From Minutocellus sp. GHC0000111 (taxonomy: Eukaryota): DNA of 64,000 bases. Both the position numbers and the translations under genes were made by a program. The DNA lies in assembly GCA_977018835.1 (NCBI GenBank), contig OZ361257.1, positions 2,480,001-2,544,000 on the forward strand, read 5' to 3'. This document shows, one piece after another, positions 11,685-22,807 of this stretch (within the stretch, counting starts at the first letter, position 1; the number at the start of each line of letters is the position of its first letter). A model generated the notes under the pieces. It saw only the letters and a list, made by a program, of their open reading frames with translations, did no database searches and was not told where the DNA came from.

Positions 11685-13943
11685 ATGACCCATATCAATA
11701 CATCGACTCGCCCATTAAGTATTCTAACCGCGGACCCTCTCTTGCTTTGTGTTGATGAGGTTCCACAACTGATTGATGAGTCGACCCTCCAACTTCAATA
11801 TTCCAAACTAAGCGAAATGATTGACGGTTCAAGCGATGACGGACAACGATCCTGCTGCACAACCGATGAATTAGTTCTATTGGCATCCCAATGCGAGACT
11901 GCACTATTTCGCAATCGCAGTAGTGGTGACCAGCCATCCATCCTCCAAGCGCACGTAGTTGAGCAAGATATCATTCCTGACCAGCTCACGAACTTGTTAT
12001 TCATCTCAACCAACCCTAACCAGAAAGATTGGGAGATCGAATCTAATGTCTTGTTGGCCACTGTATTGTCATTCAACATGTTGGAGTCTACCATCCGTAA
12101 AAAATGCAATCAAAAAGTGGGAAAGGCACCGCTACTCAAGGACATGATTGAAAAAGTCGCTCTCATACGAAATGTAAGCGGCGACGAGGACAACACATGT
12201 GACATCGTGGCTTCCATCTTACGGACGTTGCTTCTTCCGTCGGGTATCAATCTTCGTAATCTATTATGGCATGGATTTCTTCCGGAGATACCACGACGGT
12301 GGCTGGCATTGGTGGTCGTCTTAATAATGGCGCTCGAGGAATTGGATCGAGAGTTTGTGCATTCGGAAGAACCCGAGCCCAGCAATATCTCACCAGCTCC
12401 TGATCATTTTTCGCACGAGAGTGTAGGAGTTGAGATCCTAAAGAAATTGCAGATGCTGATATGTGATGAAGAGATGAGTGAGTACTTCAGTTGTGGAAGT
12501 GATTCCGGTATTGAATTTTACGCAAATTTGATATCTGGGGTTTCAACGTTTGTCCCTTCCAGACACCACAATTTACTCAAGGCTGCCCTATGCCGCTATG
12601 TGCACAGTCGACACGCAATATGCTTTGCAACCATCATCTGCCTCGTACTTGAGCATAGCCTTCGTCTTTTGTGGTGTGAAGCTAACAAGCGATCCGACGA
12701 TAGGATTGCATCGATTGGATATCAGCGCTACTATATCACTCTAGATGGCATCGGCCAAATGAACAAGCACGACGTTGTCCTCTCACCATACCTTTTGAGC
12801 AATGATAAGAACGGCATTCGAGCTATGGCGTCTCGCAATTATCTCATTGATCGCTTGGGTGGCCCAACAGTTGCCTTCTTGTGCGATTTGTTTTGCACCC
12901 CCAACGGACCCAATGTACGATCAGCATTAACCCATGGGATTTTCGACGACGTGCTATTCATGGAATTGTCTGAGATGGTGGTTGGAATTGGCTGTGGAGG
13001 AGAAAAACCATTTGGCGCTCTTCTCCAGCCACAATGCCAGTCGGAAAATCTTACTTTTGCCCTCTTGGTGGCTCTGGACCTACTCGCGACTTCGCAAAGA
13101 TCTACCAGTAAGAGTCCAACCCTCAGTCCAGTACCGGTCTTTTCATATGCAGCAACTTTTTCCAGGAATGTCGAGTCCGCGTTTCGAGCGCTATCTGCCT
13201 TTGATGGCTTAGCTGACGGTATTGCCACAGTACCTACGCTTGGTTCACGGCATGAGCAGGCGCTTTCGACTCTATCAAAGGCAGACATTGACTTAGATCG
13301 ATTGCTTTCCATACTGGAAGAGACCCAGCCTCGTTACGACTACCACTCGACATCGATATGGTCTGTCGAAGATGTTTTCCGAGAGAGCAAATATAATGCC
13401 ATCCTTTCAGATTGTCTAGCATCATGCGCTCTTGTAAAAGATGTCAAGGAAGCTCTAAAATACTTCTACCACGCCCGAAGAGAAGCTGCCGAGAAGCTCT
13501 TGAACCATCAAGATCCATCAATCCAGACGTTTGGACGTGAAGATAAACAATTTGGCGGCGAAAGAGACGACGGAGATATCTCTTATTCAAAGGCAAGAGC
13601 TATTGCTGCTGAAATTCTTCTCGACAAAAACAAAAAGAGATTGCGCCCTGAAATAAAGAAGGCGGCGAGAATCCTCTCCATTGAGACCTTGGCGCTTGCA
13701 ATGCACAGAACAGCTGTTTTCGTGGCTCTCATGCATATAAAAAGTAGGACAGAAGAACAAAAACAAGGACGAGTCGCGAATGAAATCTCTTTCCCAGATA
13801 CCACCCTTCTCAAGGCAGTGGAAAGGTCGAGGATGTGTGTTTCTACTTTCAACAATTTCCTCGACACAAATATGGAAAGATCAATAAAAGCTGCGGCAGA
13901 TTACACTTTAGGGAAAGCGATGAAGACTGTGCTAAGTTTGTAA
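11685..13943 (+). CDS. ERMARD / DUF4209-like protein
   Basis: Long open frame with GINLRNLLWHGF and GPNVRSALTHG motifs. Likely start is ATG 11685. Confidence 0.75.
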   Translation: MTHINTSTRPLSILTADPLLLCVDEVPQLIDESTLQLQYSKLSEMIDGSSDDGQRSCCTTDELVLLASQCETALFRNRSSGDQPSILQAHVVEQDIIPDQLTNLLFISTNPNQKDWEIESNVLLATVLSFNMLESTIRKKCNQKVGKAPLLKDMIEKVALIRNVSGDEDNTCDIVASILRTLLLPSGINLRNLLWHGFLPEIPRRWLALVVVLIMALEELDREFVHSEEPEPSNISPAPDHFSHESVGVEILKKLQMLICDEEMSEYFSCGSDSGIEFYANLISGVSTFVPSRHHNLLKAALCRYVHSRHAICFATIICLVLEHSLRLLWCEANKRSDDRIASIGYQRYYITLDGIGQMNKHDVVLSPYLLSNDKNGIRAMASRNYLIDRLGGPTVAFLCDLFCTPNGPNVRSALTHGIFDDVLFMELSEMVVGIGCGGEKPFGALLQPQCQSENLTFALLVALDLLATSQRSTSKSPTLSPVPVFSYAATFSRNVESAFRALSAFDGLADGIATVPTLGSRHEQALSTLSKADIDLDRLLSILEETQPRYDYHSTSIWSVEDVFRESKYNAILSDCLASCALVKDVKEALKYFYHARREAAEKLLNHQDPSIQTFGREDKQFGGERDDGDISYSKARAIAAEILLDKNKKRLRPEIKKAARILSIETLALAMHRTAVFVALMHIKSRTEEQKQGRVANEISFPDTTLLKAVERSRMCVSTFNNFLDTNMERSIKAAADYTLGKAMKTVLSL

Positions 13944-13958
13944 CACTAGCATTATGGT

Positions 13959-16640
13959 TTATATGTTTGAATCTGAATCATCACTTGTGGCATCAACAAT
14001 GAGTTGTCCCTTGACAGACCGGAGACCACTAGATAAGTGGTTAAGCTTGCCATTGGAAAAGCCGGGCAAAGCTGCAAGAAGAGCCTCAGCCTCGAGCCAA
14101 TCTAAATCATCCTCTTTCCCGCCCACCATTGCTGGATTCTCACGTTCTGCTTCAACGACTGCTGCTCGGAATGGGTTTCGCCGGCCCTTTCTATTCGACA
14201 GTTTTCGTTTTTGCCGCTTTCGGGTGATCCAACGAGCAAATCGTCTTCGTCTACGTTCTCGCTCTTGCTCATATTGTTCGATAATATCCCCTTGTACCTG
14301 CACAGGATTATATAGAACGTCCTCCCTATCATCATCTGATATTGGAAATACTAATTCAGCAATCTTTCGGCTGTCGATTGTTTTTGGATCAAATTTGAGA
14401 CCGGGGGATATCGGGGATAACATGTCAAAGGCAGCAACGAAACCCTCTCTAACCGCCTGCACAACTTCTTCCTTTTCCTGTGTCAGAGTTGGCAACTCTG
14501 GCGTATTTGCCTTGCAGACGACTGGAAGCAAATGCGCAGAATTCCACGTTTCGGGATTCACAACAATATCCTCATCATAATGGGTCCCATACAAAATCTC
14601 AGTTGGAGGCACCTTGACTGGGAGCGACGAGTTGGCGATGCCTTTAACCAGCCCTTCATCTAAAGTCAGAACATCTTCTAAATAGCGATACTGTGATCCG
14701 GACTTCTCGAAAAATTCACCAACCCTCGGAAGCCCATTCAGTCGAAAGTAGACGGGCGCCACTATTTTCTCGTAAGTATATGGCTTTGTCTCGAGAAAGC
14801 ACCCATCCGGTCGTGAACGTAGAGCAAGGACGTGCGTCGCTCCATTCTCAACAGCCGAACGATATGGTATCGGCTCATAGCAAAAGGCATCGAAGCAGTG
14901 GGAGGTCATATTTTCTAAACCACTTTCAGCAACTTCTGCCCGATGTTTGCTTCTCAGAAGCTTCACAGGCTTTCCAGCAGCACCTGGCACCAACATTGAA
15001 GATTCAAGGCACGCAAAGAAACCCTTCTTACTATCATCAGGACATCCCGTTGCCTGCCTCAACCGTACCATCCGTTTCTTATTCCGAATGGCCCTTGGGC
15101 GCCGAAAAGACGACATGGCCTTTGTGCCGGGGATTGTCTTAGATGAGCTAGATCTAGGATAATTCGAGTCAAACTGGACATCTTCGTCCCCCTCCAATAA
15201 GGCGCCGACTTCGGTATCGATCATGACTCCCAGAAAGCGCCGCGCCAAATTCTTGGTCTTTCTTCCCACCGACAAGAAGACATTCACCGTTGACAACCCC
15301 AATCTCTTGATTGCCTTGGCAGATCGTTTGATTCGCCCCTCTTTGGCCATTTCTTCTTCGTAACCTTCTACCCATACGTCCCAAAAGTCTCCATCTTCCG
15401 AGCCAAATGCTACGGTCTCCATCTTTCCTGCTCTCCAGGTCGATGAGACAGCTCTCAGCGGCTGCCGAGCGTCGTTCTTTTGAAAGGTTTCCAAATCAAA
15501 AGGACGCAATCCGGAAGTACTGCTCATGACGCCGTCAATAACGAATGTAAGATTCATGCCAGGGTGAAGTGTAACGTATGGTCTCAAACTAGACAGAACA
15601 GCTGGCGCCTTGTTGAGCACTGGGACCTTGGATATAATGCTCGAAATGCGTCCAGCTTGGAATAGCTTGGATAACCTTTTGCCATTGTCGTCATAATTGC
15701 CATCGCCAATGCCATCAGTACCATTCCATTGGGATTGCATAGAAATATTGCTTGTTGCAAATTCGGTCCCCCCCGATCCGACACTGTTACTACTGCGTTC
15801 CCTTAGTCTCGCTACCACGTCGCTGACATAAGAGACACCGACATTTCCAATGACTCTGTTTTTACTTGCAAACATTGAACCCGCAGCGGGCAATACTTCT
15901 GTGTAGACAGAAACTGCCATTTGTCTCGAAATCATGTACGCTCCAACGATGCATCCGGCTGAGCTGCCGTACACGGAATCAAATGCATCGGTCAGACCAA
16001 GGGAGGCGATTGCCGCTGCCATTCCAGCTGATACAGCTCCCCTCATCCCCCCACCCTCGATTGCCAATGCAAGATGTGCTCTGTCTCCCGGAGCACGGCT
16101 TCCAGGAGTGGAATTTGTCCTGACGCGTTGACTTATGATTTTGATTACGTCATGGTTGGAGAGTTGCTCTGTGGTGACGGTGGTGGCATTGACAGGATGG
16201 GCCGTCAGGTTGAAACCAATATCTTTCAACGGGACCCGGTTCTGCAATACCTCCCGACGTAGCTCTCCAATATTTCGGACTGTAGCTTTAGGCTCATCGA
16301 CAGCGCTACTGTTACGAGAAGAAAAAAAATTTCGTGGCAAAGAGCGAATTCGGCCCGTGAGGCTGCGTAGTCGGCTTGTAGTAGGTACCTTGGTGGTGTC
16401 AGCTGATTCTGATACGCCATGTTCAAGGTCACTCTCCAGAGAAGCTGGATTGGGGGTCAAAGCGCTGTATCTTCTTTTTTGCGAATACAAGGGTGACGAT
16501 AAATAAGCTGGGCGAATGTCCTGGAATGAATGGCTCAGTATTGATAGCGAGAGTGTTATCGCTGCAACGAAGGCAAGACGGTGGTAGTAAGAAAGAAGAG
16601 CAATTCGGCATCGACGAGAATTTGGTCCATAACGACACAT
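13959..16640 (-). CDS. Patatin-like phospholipase with an N-terminal targeting/TM segment
   Basis: EGGGMRG oxyanion loop, GSSAG nucleophile elbow and a DAF variant of the DGG motif. ORF intact. Confidence 0.85.
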   Translation of the reverse strand: MCRYGPNSRRCRIALLSYYHRLAFVAAITLSLSILSHSFQDIRPAYLSSPLYSQKRRYSALTPNPASLESDLEHGVSESADTTKVPTTSRLRSLTGRIRSLPRNFFSSRNSSAVDEPKATVRNIGELRREVLQNRVPLKDIGFNLTAHPVNATTVTTEQLSNHDVIKIISQRVRTNSTPGSRAPGDRAHLALAIEGGGMRGAVSAGMAAAIASLGLTDAFDSVYGSSAGCIVGAYMISRQMAVSVYTEVLPAAGSMFASKNRVIGNVGVSYVSDVVARLRERSSNSVGSGGTEFATSNISMQSQWNGTDGIGDGNYDDNGKRLSKLFQAGRISSIISKVPVLNKAPAVLSSLRPYVTLHPGMNLTFVIDGVMSSTSGLRPFDLETFQKNDARQPLRAVSSTWRAGKMETVAFGSEDGDFWDVWVEGYEEEMAKEGRIKRSAKAIKRLGLSTVNVFLSVGRKTKNLARRFLGVMIDTEVGALLEGDEDVQFDSNYPRSSSSKTIPGTKAMSSFRRPRAIRNKKRMVRLRQATGCPDDSKKGFFACLESSMLVPGAAGKPVKLLRSKHRAEVAESGLENMTSHCFDAFCYEPIPYRSAVENGATHVLALRSRPDGCFLETKPYTYEKIVAPVYFRLNGLPRVGEFFEKSGSQYRYLEDVLTLDEGLVKGIANSSLPVKVPPTEILYGTHYDEDIVVNPETWNSAHLLPVVCKANTPELPTLTQEKEEVVQAVREGFVAAFDMLSPISPGLKFDPKTIDSRKIAELVFPISDDDREDVLYNPVQVQGDIIEQYEQERERRRRRFARWITRKRQKRKLSNRKGRRNPFRAAVVEAERENPAMVGGKEDDLDWLEAEALLAALPGFSNGKLNHLSSGLRSVKGQLIVDATSDDSDSNI

Positions 16641-17043
16641 GATATGCTTCAAGTTGGCTATGCGCGACGGTATATTCTCGAGAAATGGTGCATATTATTT
16701 CCTGCTTGGCAGTCCTTCTTCTTTGTCGAAGACCAACAACTTTGAGCAGATGATTCAGATTCGATTATTCATTCATGTCTGGCCGTCGCACAGCAGAGCG
16801 GCGCAGTCAGCGCAGGCATTTTTAATAACCCGGAAACCGTCGAATCTCCCGCAAACCGCCAAACGCAACGGCCCGCCAACTCATAATCCCCGCGCGGCCG
16901 CACAGCGACCGGAGCCCTCCTCGCCCTTACGCCTCATTCACCGCAGCAGGAGAATATTTGGCATCTAGTTTTTCTAGTCAAGGCACGGAAGAGAGCTCAT
17001 TGTGACACAAAACGTTCTTGCGCATTTATTATTTTCTGATAGC

Positions 17044-17367
17044 ATGTCCGCTTCGACGCCATCGCCAGATGCCGAAACCAAGGCCAGAATCAAGGATGCT
17101 GGGAGAGACGGGCGACTTTCTTTCCGCAACTTTGCTGAGCATCAAATGCGAAGGGAGTTCAAAGATATGGCTCTGGAAAAATGTTCCCAGCACGTCAAGG
17201 ATTTTGCTCTTTCCGCGGAAGAGCAGGGCTTGATGGTCGTGTTTAATTGCCGCCACCACTCCAAGGCATTGAATGAGTGCATGGCAATTCATAACTCGAA
17301 TGAAGCTTTTGAGAAGTACAAGGAAGAGCACAAAGAAGAGCTAGAGAAGAGAGTAATGAAAACATAA
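17044..17367 (+). CDS. CMC1-like twin CX9C cytochrome c oxidase assembly protein (first motif reads C-x9-S)
   Basis: EKCSQHVKDFALS...VVFNCRHHSKALNEC; about 107 aa. Confidence 0.75.
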   Translation: MSASTPSPDAETKARIKDAGRDGRLSFRNFAEHQMRREFKDMALEKCSQHVKDFALSAEEQGLMVVFNCRHHSKALNECMAIHNSNEAFEKYKEEHKEELEKRVMKT

Positions 17368-17817
17368 TTTGAATGGATTTAAAAGGCCCATGCAACGCTT
17401 CGTGCGGAGTAGGTGTTCCGGTCCGACGTTGCACAGATTGCATAGGAAATTAATAAATTAATTTGAGATACTTCGCACTATGTTGTGTGCTTTTGAATAA
17501 AACACATGTCTAAATATACGCCATTATTTTGGCAGTGTGACGAAATGCCAACCAAATGGATAATTGTAGGTAAAAAAATTCGTTGAATTCATGCGGACGC
17601 GGACCCACAGAATCAACCTCCAAGACAAATAAAGGACTGATAGTATTGTACGTTCTCAAGGTGAACAAAGGCGTTGTTCGCCGGTTAACAATATCTAATA
17701 CATAACAGTCTCGACAGATTTTTCCGGCAGTGTTCCAGCCGGGCCTACCAGCCGATAGTCCGACTGACCGACCAGGCCCGACCTGCCCGATGCGCCTCGC
17801 CTCGCCTCGCCTCCTCT

Positions 17818-18447
17818 TTATTCCTCGCACTTGTAGCTGTGCTGACTAAGGATCAGGGCTACAATCAATCCATACAGCGCCAATGCCTCACTGAAGATCA
17901 ACATGATCAATAGCCCGACGTAAAGTTTGTTGGATTCCTCGGCAGTGAGGGCATCACCGCCGGGACCCATGCCTCAGCCCTGCTCGGCTTCGGTGGGGTT
18001 GGCGCCCTCCCCCGTCATCCAAGACCGCTTGCCTCCGCTGGCCTTGAGGCCAAAGGAGATGGTCCCGGCCTCTCCGATGAGACCAATCGCACCCCCGGCG
18101 GCGAGAGAGGAAAGACCGCAGCAAAGGCCGGCGGCCATGTGAGCATATCCGTTGTACAGTGAATAGGATGTGGCCATGCTCGCGGAGGGCGCACTGATGC
18201 TTTGCGTGATGATTACCGCCACGATGAGGCCGTAGATACCCAGGACACCAGCCATTACAATTGGAACAATGTTCTTGATTACGCCCTTGGGATAATCAAT
18301 TCCCATTTTGCAAACACCGAGCCCAGATTTCCACGTTCCCCATGCCGATCCCCAGTTGGAGAGAATCATGCACGATGCGGTGCCCAGGTAGCCGAAGAAC
18401 GGGGCGTAGTCCGGGCAGGTATCGAAACCAGCAGTTATTGTCGTCAT
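17818..18447 (-). pseudogene. V-ATPase proteolipid subunit c with an in-frame TGA at 17974-17976
   Basis: YAPFFGYLG..., VPIVMAGVLGIYGLIVAVII. After the TGA the same frame continues GMGPGG...KLYVGLLIMLIFSEALALYGLIVALILSQ...EE to TAA at 17818-17820. Confidence 0.85.
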
Positions 18448-18721
18448 GACTCAAATCGTCCAGGAGTGATAGATGATTGAATTGGCTATTCAGTTAGAGG
18501 GTGGCAGTGTTGTAGTGCTGTGGTGACTCAACACCGGCTGGTTCTGGTCGGTCCTTCCTTTCTTATTGCGGCCCGATGCGCGGGCGGAGGCCGAAGCGTT
18601 GGATGTCGGAATAAGGGGGAAATGATCCCCCTGGAAACGTAGTGCAAGTTAGGTCAATAATAAAGGGACAACTCTACGTGTACGATGTTCCATTGGATCT
18701 ACTGTTACCATCACACTCTTC

Positions 18722-19942
18722 TTACACGTATCCATCATTCGAAACGGCAGGCAACCAAAAGAAGACTTTATTTCTACCCTCAAAGTCCAATGTTGCCTCT
18801 TGTACCTCTGTCGAAATATTCCTGATGTATTCGCACAGCTCGTCATAAGTTCCGACGGTTTGACCATCTGGCAGAATTCTCTTGAACGTACGAGGGAAGA
18901 CGCAGCATGGACAAATCATCCACGGCTTATTATGTCTCATTGCGAGTTGGATGATGGCATCAGTAGCTTCATCAGGGTGCATTCCGACCACAGCAACGCA
19001 GTCTCGCAGCAGCATTCGACTGCCAATATCGGATGCAGCAAAGTCCTCGTCGAATAACACTTGTAACTGCGAAGGCTTCCACTCTCTGAATCGTTTAGTT
19101 AATGCAGCCGCTTGGTGCGATATTTCTAGTCCAGACTGTAATCTTTCACGATTGTCCCTGCGAAATCGCATTGTGTTGCGCTGAGTTTTGTTGAGTTTCA
19201 CAGCTCTCGGGTCTATGACGGTGCTCGCCATGCCCCGGCGAAGCGAAAGTTCAAACGTAATGCCAGCATTCGAACCACCACCTGCAACATCCAGTACGCC
19301 AACGGATGACGACGCTCTTAGTACATCAACACCAATGATTTCAATTAGGAATTCCACAAAACGAGCTGCTCGACCTCTATTCTTCACAGCAATACGCTTT
19401 CGTTTACTTTGCGATTGGCTGGCGACGATTTCGACATTTTCGTTCTGTTGAATGACATTTGATGCTGCTTCCAATGCAGATGCTGGTGTTGGTTGTGGCG
19501 GCAGTGGTGGCGGCATATATTTACTGTCATTTCTTTGTCCAATCTCCTGGCAAAACAAAGGCTCATCACTACACGGCATTGGCAAATTATTTACATTCCA
19601 GCAGTGCAATATTTCGCTCCAACAATCTTCTTGGCATGAACATGTATCAAACGGCTGGAAACCGTGTACAGTAACAGGACTATGTGCATCCTGGCATCGT
19701 TTCACTTCTGCCGCTATTCTCGCGAGGTGAGCACGAGCACTAGCTCTCTTTCGGCCCGCAACTATGTCGAGGGCCTTTCCATCGGACTGCTCAATGGTGA
19801 AAGTGACGAAAGAAGCACTGAGCTGAGCGACAAACAGAACGACGCCGGTGACAAAGACTTCATTGTCCTCGTTGGGCGGTTTTCCTTCATTCTCCCAGGG
19901 CTTCGCTTTGACTTTTCGTGATGTTGCGCCTCCACACGGCAT
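18722..19942 (-). CDS. Class I SAM-dependent methyltransferase-like protein
   Basis: VLDVAGGG, GMHPDEATDAI, KPWMICPCCVFP and FEGRNKV motifs. Start uncertain. Confidence 0.7.
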   Translation of the reverse strand: MPCGGATSRKVKAKPWENEGKPPNEDNEVFVTGVVLFVAQLSASFVTFTIEQSDGKALDIVAGRKRASARAHLARIAAEVKRCQDAHSPVTVHGFQPFDTCSCQEDCWSEILHCWNVNNLPMPCSDEPLFCQEIGQRNDSKYMPPPLPPQPTPASALEAASNVIQQNENVEIVASQSQSKRKRIAVKNRGRAARFVEFLIEIIGVDVLRASSSVGVLDVAGGGSNAGITFELSLRRGMASTVIDPRAVKLNKTQRNTMRFRRDNRERLQSGLEISHQAAALTKRFREWKPSQLQVLFDEDFAASDIGSRMLLRDCVAVVGMHPDEATDAIIQLAMRHNKPWMICPCCVFPRTFKRILPDGQTVGTYDELCEYIRNISTEVQEATLDFEGRNKVFFWLPAVSNDGYV

Positions 19943-20241
19943 TGACAACGAAATAGTCACCGGCAGTCAGGGTCGTCATGTTACCATTGGTCTTTGTGAA
20001 GGCAGTTGGCGGCCAGACGCTTAAACTCTCCAATCAATGATTATTTCAGTAAAACTCTTTAATCTGATCTTTAGGAGTGTATCTCGTCCATCCGACAATC
20101 GATTTATTTGCAAGCTTCTTTCTCGTTCTTGGCAATGATCAACATGATCAATCCTTCACAGAAGAGGAGCCGTCATATCACCTACTGCCTCGCCCAATTT
20201 AAAGAAGGTCGATCGATCAATAAAGTCCCCCACTCAATGCC

Positions 20242-20883
20242 ATGACGTCCCGAATATTTGTGCTTGTGGGCTTTTTCATGTGTTCAGTGATATTATTTGT
20301 AGCCCGTCACAGCGCGCAGCAACGCGACAAAATCCGAAGGAATCTCCGAGGACTCTGCATCTCTTTTGGCTGTGGCGAAACCTATGGGATATTTGGTCTG
20401 CCATCGGACTCGAGCTCGACGAGCAGCCTCGATACGCCAGCTGAGAGAGCACCAGATCAGGCCAAACAGGAAATGAAGAGAGCTCTGCTTCGGCTCAAGA
20501 TGAATGCAAGGCGGTTCAAACGCAAGGCCAAGGGCCAGGAATACACGTATGAGTACGCAATGGAAGAATACAACCAGGTCGGTGGATCCCAGGATCAATT
20601 ATTTGTCGATTCAGATTACACCAAGGTATCTGTTTCAACCAATGGTGTGGTATCACCCACTGGTCATCCATCGACGTTGTATCTATTCAATAAGATTACC
20701 AGGATGCTACGCAGAGCGATGAAGGAACCAGCCCAGCTTGGAAACTACAAATTCGTGTATAGCCGACGGAATGGTTTGCCGCGATATGTAATGTTGGAGC
20801 ACAGCGGCAAAAGTCTGAGGATAAGTGCGAGGAAGCTCAATATTTTGGATGGTGATACTTCGCCTACGAAGAGACATCTTTGA
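20242..20883 (+). CDS. Hypothetical membrane-anchored/secreted protein, weakly DUF6174-like
   Basis: 213-aa ATG ORF with a hydrophobic N-terminus and a YTYEY...V.TNGVV...LFNKI...YSRRNGLPRYV pattern. Confidence 0.55.
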   Translation: MTSRIFVLVGFFMCSVILFVARHSAQQRDKIRRNLRGLCISFGCGETYGIFGLPSDSSSTSSLDTPAERAPDQAKQEMKRALLRLKMNARRFKRKAKGQEYTYEYAMEEYNQVGGSQDQLFVDSDYTKVSVSTNGVVSPTGHPSTLYLFNKITRMLRRAMKEPAQLGNYKFVYSRRNGLPRYVMLEHSGKSLRISARKLNILDGDTSPTKRHL

Positions 20884-21311
20884 ATTGAATGCCACAGATC
20901 ACAAAGGACTGACTCGATGACGTGCTCAGATCTCGAAGACATACAAACATACCTGTACATACATCATTTCACAAAGTAACCTTGATTTTGATCGATGCCT
21001 TACATGCATGAATAGAATCTACGTAAAAACGTGTTGCAAATTGTACATCATGCATCTTGAGGGGATCTACATTATAAAGACGTATGTGTGGAATCAATAT
21101 TTTTGGCTCCCACGGCAAAAGGCAAATTGATCAGACTTTGGCTCTAGATCTACATGAATAACATGTGTCTCCCCCCCCCCCCCTCTCTCTATCAACACAT
21201 ATATATATATATACATTACAAATCAGCATACGACTGGTATATAAGGTATTGACTGCTATAGCATTAACCTAAGCTATTCGTTTTTGCTCAATTCAACTAT
21301 ATATATATATA

Positions 21312-22064
21312 TATGTTAGTCCCAAAATGCGCACTGTCCCAGTTCGCAAACTGGGATCCCAGTTTGCGAACTAGGATTTATTTATCCCAGTTTGGAAACT
21401 GGGATCATAGGCACAATCTCAGTTTGCAAACTGGGATCAATCGAGAAATAATGAATATTTAGCATGGATGATATCGCCTTTGCTTCTCCTAGCTTCATTT
21501 TTTCATAGTGAAGCAACACAGCCCAAACCTGGTCCAGACGTCCAGACGACATTAGTGCCGGAGCTGATACTCAATAATTGGCATTAGCTGATACTAAATA
21601 CATCTAGTGAATAAATAATAATATCTAGCTAGCTGCTTCTGGCAAATATAAGTCATGAACTGTACATGCATCTGTGCTATGCCGGCATCATGTTGCTACT
21701 GTACCAGTACATGTAGCTTGCAAATTCAAGATATGATGCACAGTGCAACTTGTATTGTAGATAGATCTACCAGTACATAATCATTGTGCATGAGCCAACA
21801 CCGGCAGTTACCATTCTGACACTTGCCGAGAATGCCAGTTTCCAAACTGGTATTCATTTTTGTTCCAGTTCGCGAACTCGTCTGGTTCCCAAATTCGGAT
21901 TGGCGTGTTTATCTCAGTTTCCATTCTGGTAGTATCAGTGCGCAAACTGAGATCCTAGTTTGGGAACTGGGGCCCAGTGCGCAAACTGGGATAAATGAAT
22001 CTCAGTTCGCAAACTGGGATCCCAGTTCGCAAACTGGGACAGTGCGCATTTTGGGACTAACATA
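21312..22064. mobile_element. Non-autonomous DNA transposon (MITE), copy 1, in a (TA)n tract
   Basis: Terminal inverted repeats tatgttagtcccaaaatgcgcactgtcccagtt ... aactgggacagtgcgcattttgggactaacata, with several subterminal palindromic cccagttcgcaaactggg units and no coding capacity. Confidence 0.9.
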
Positions 22065-22074
22065 TATACTAACA

Positions 22075-22800
22075 TATGCGCACTGTCCCAGTTCGCGAAC
22101 TGGGATCTCAGTTTGCGCACTGGGATTTATTTATCCCAGTTCGAAAACTGGGATCCCAGGCACAATCTCAGTTCGCAAACTGAGATCGATTGACAAATAA
22201 TGAACACTTAGCAAGGATGATATCGCCTTTGCTTCTTTTCGCTTCATTTTTTCATTTGGCCAAAGAATGGAAAGCATCGTCATTTGCTCTGATCCCGGCG
22301 GCGGCGGTGACAACGGGGTAATGGCAATGTTGATTTTGCTGACATTTGTATTGGCCACCGCCGCTTTTGTTATTGTTGCTTTTCGTTGATAATTTACATT
22401 TATTTTATGATGCACAGTGCAACTTGTATTGTAGATAGATCTACCAGTGCATGCGCATGCATGCAATTTAGTTGATAAACGATTACGTAGATTCTACTTA
22501 TACATGTACAAAATAATCATTCTGCATGAGCCAACACCGGCAGCTACCATTCTGGTACTTGCCGAGAATGCCAGTTTCCAAACTGGTATATATTATTGTT
22601 CCAGTTCGCAAACTCGTCTGGTTCCTAAATTCGGATTAGCTTATTTATCTCAGTTTCCATTCTGGTAGTATCAGTGCGCAAACTGAGATCCTAGTTTGGG
22701 AACTGGGGCCCAGTGCGCAAACTGGGATAGATGAATCTCAGTTCGCAAACTGAGATCCCAGTTCGCGAACTGGGACAGTGCGCATTTTGGGACTAACATA
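22075..22800. mobile_element. MITE copy 2 of the same family; left TIR truncated, different central segment
   Basis: Both subterminal regions match copy 1. The intact right TIR ends gggactaacata at 22800. Confidence 0.88.
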
Positions 22801-22807
22801 TCCCAGT

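Noticed and set aside
21330..22790. CRISPR-like palindromic repeats
   Set aside because: They are subterminal repeats inside TIR-bounded MITEs and lack regular spacers.
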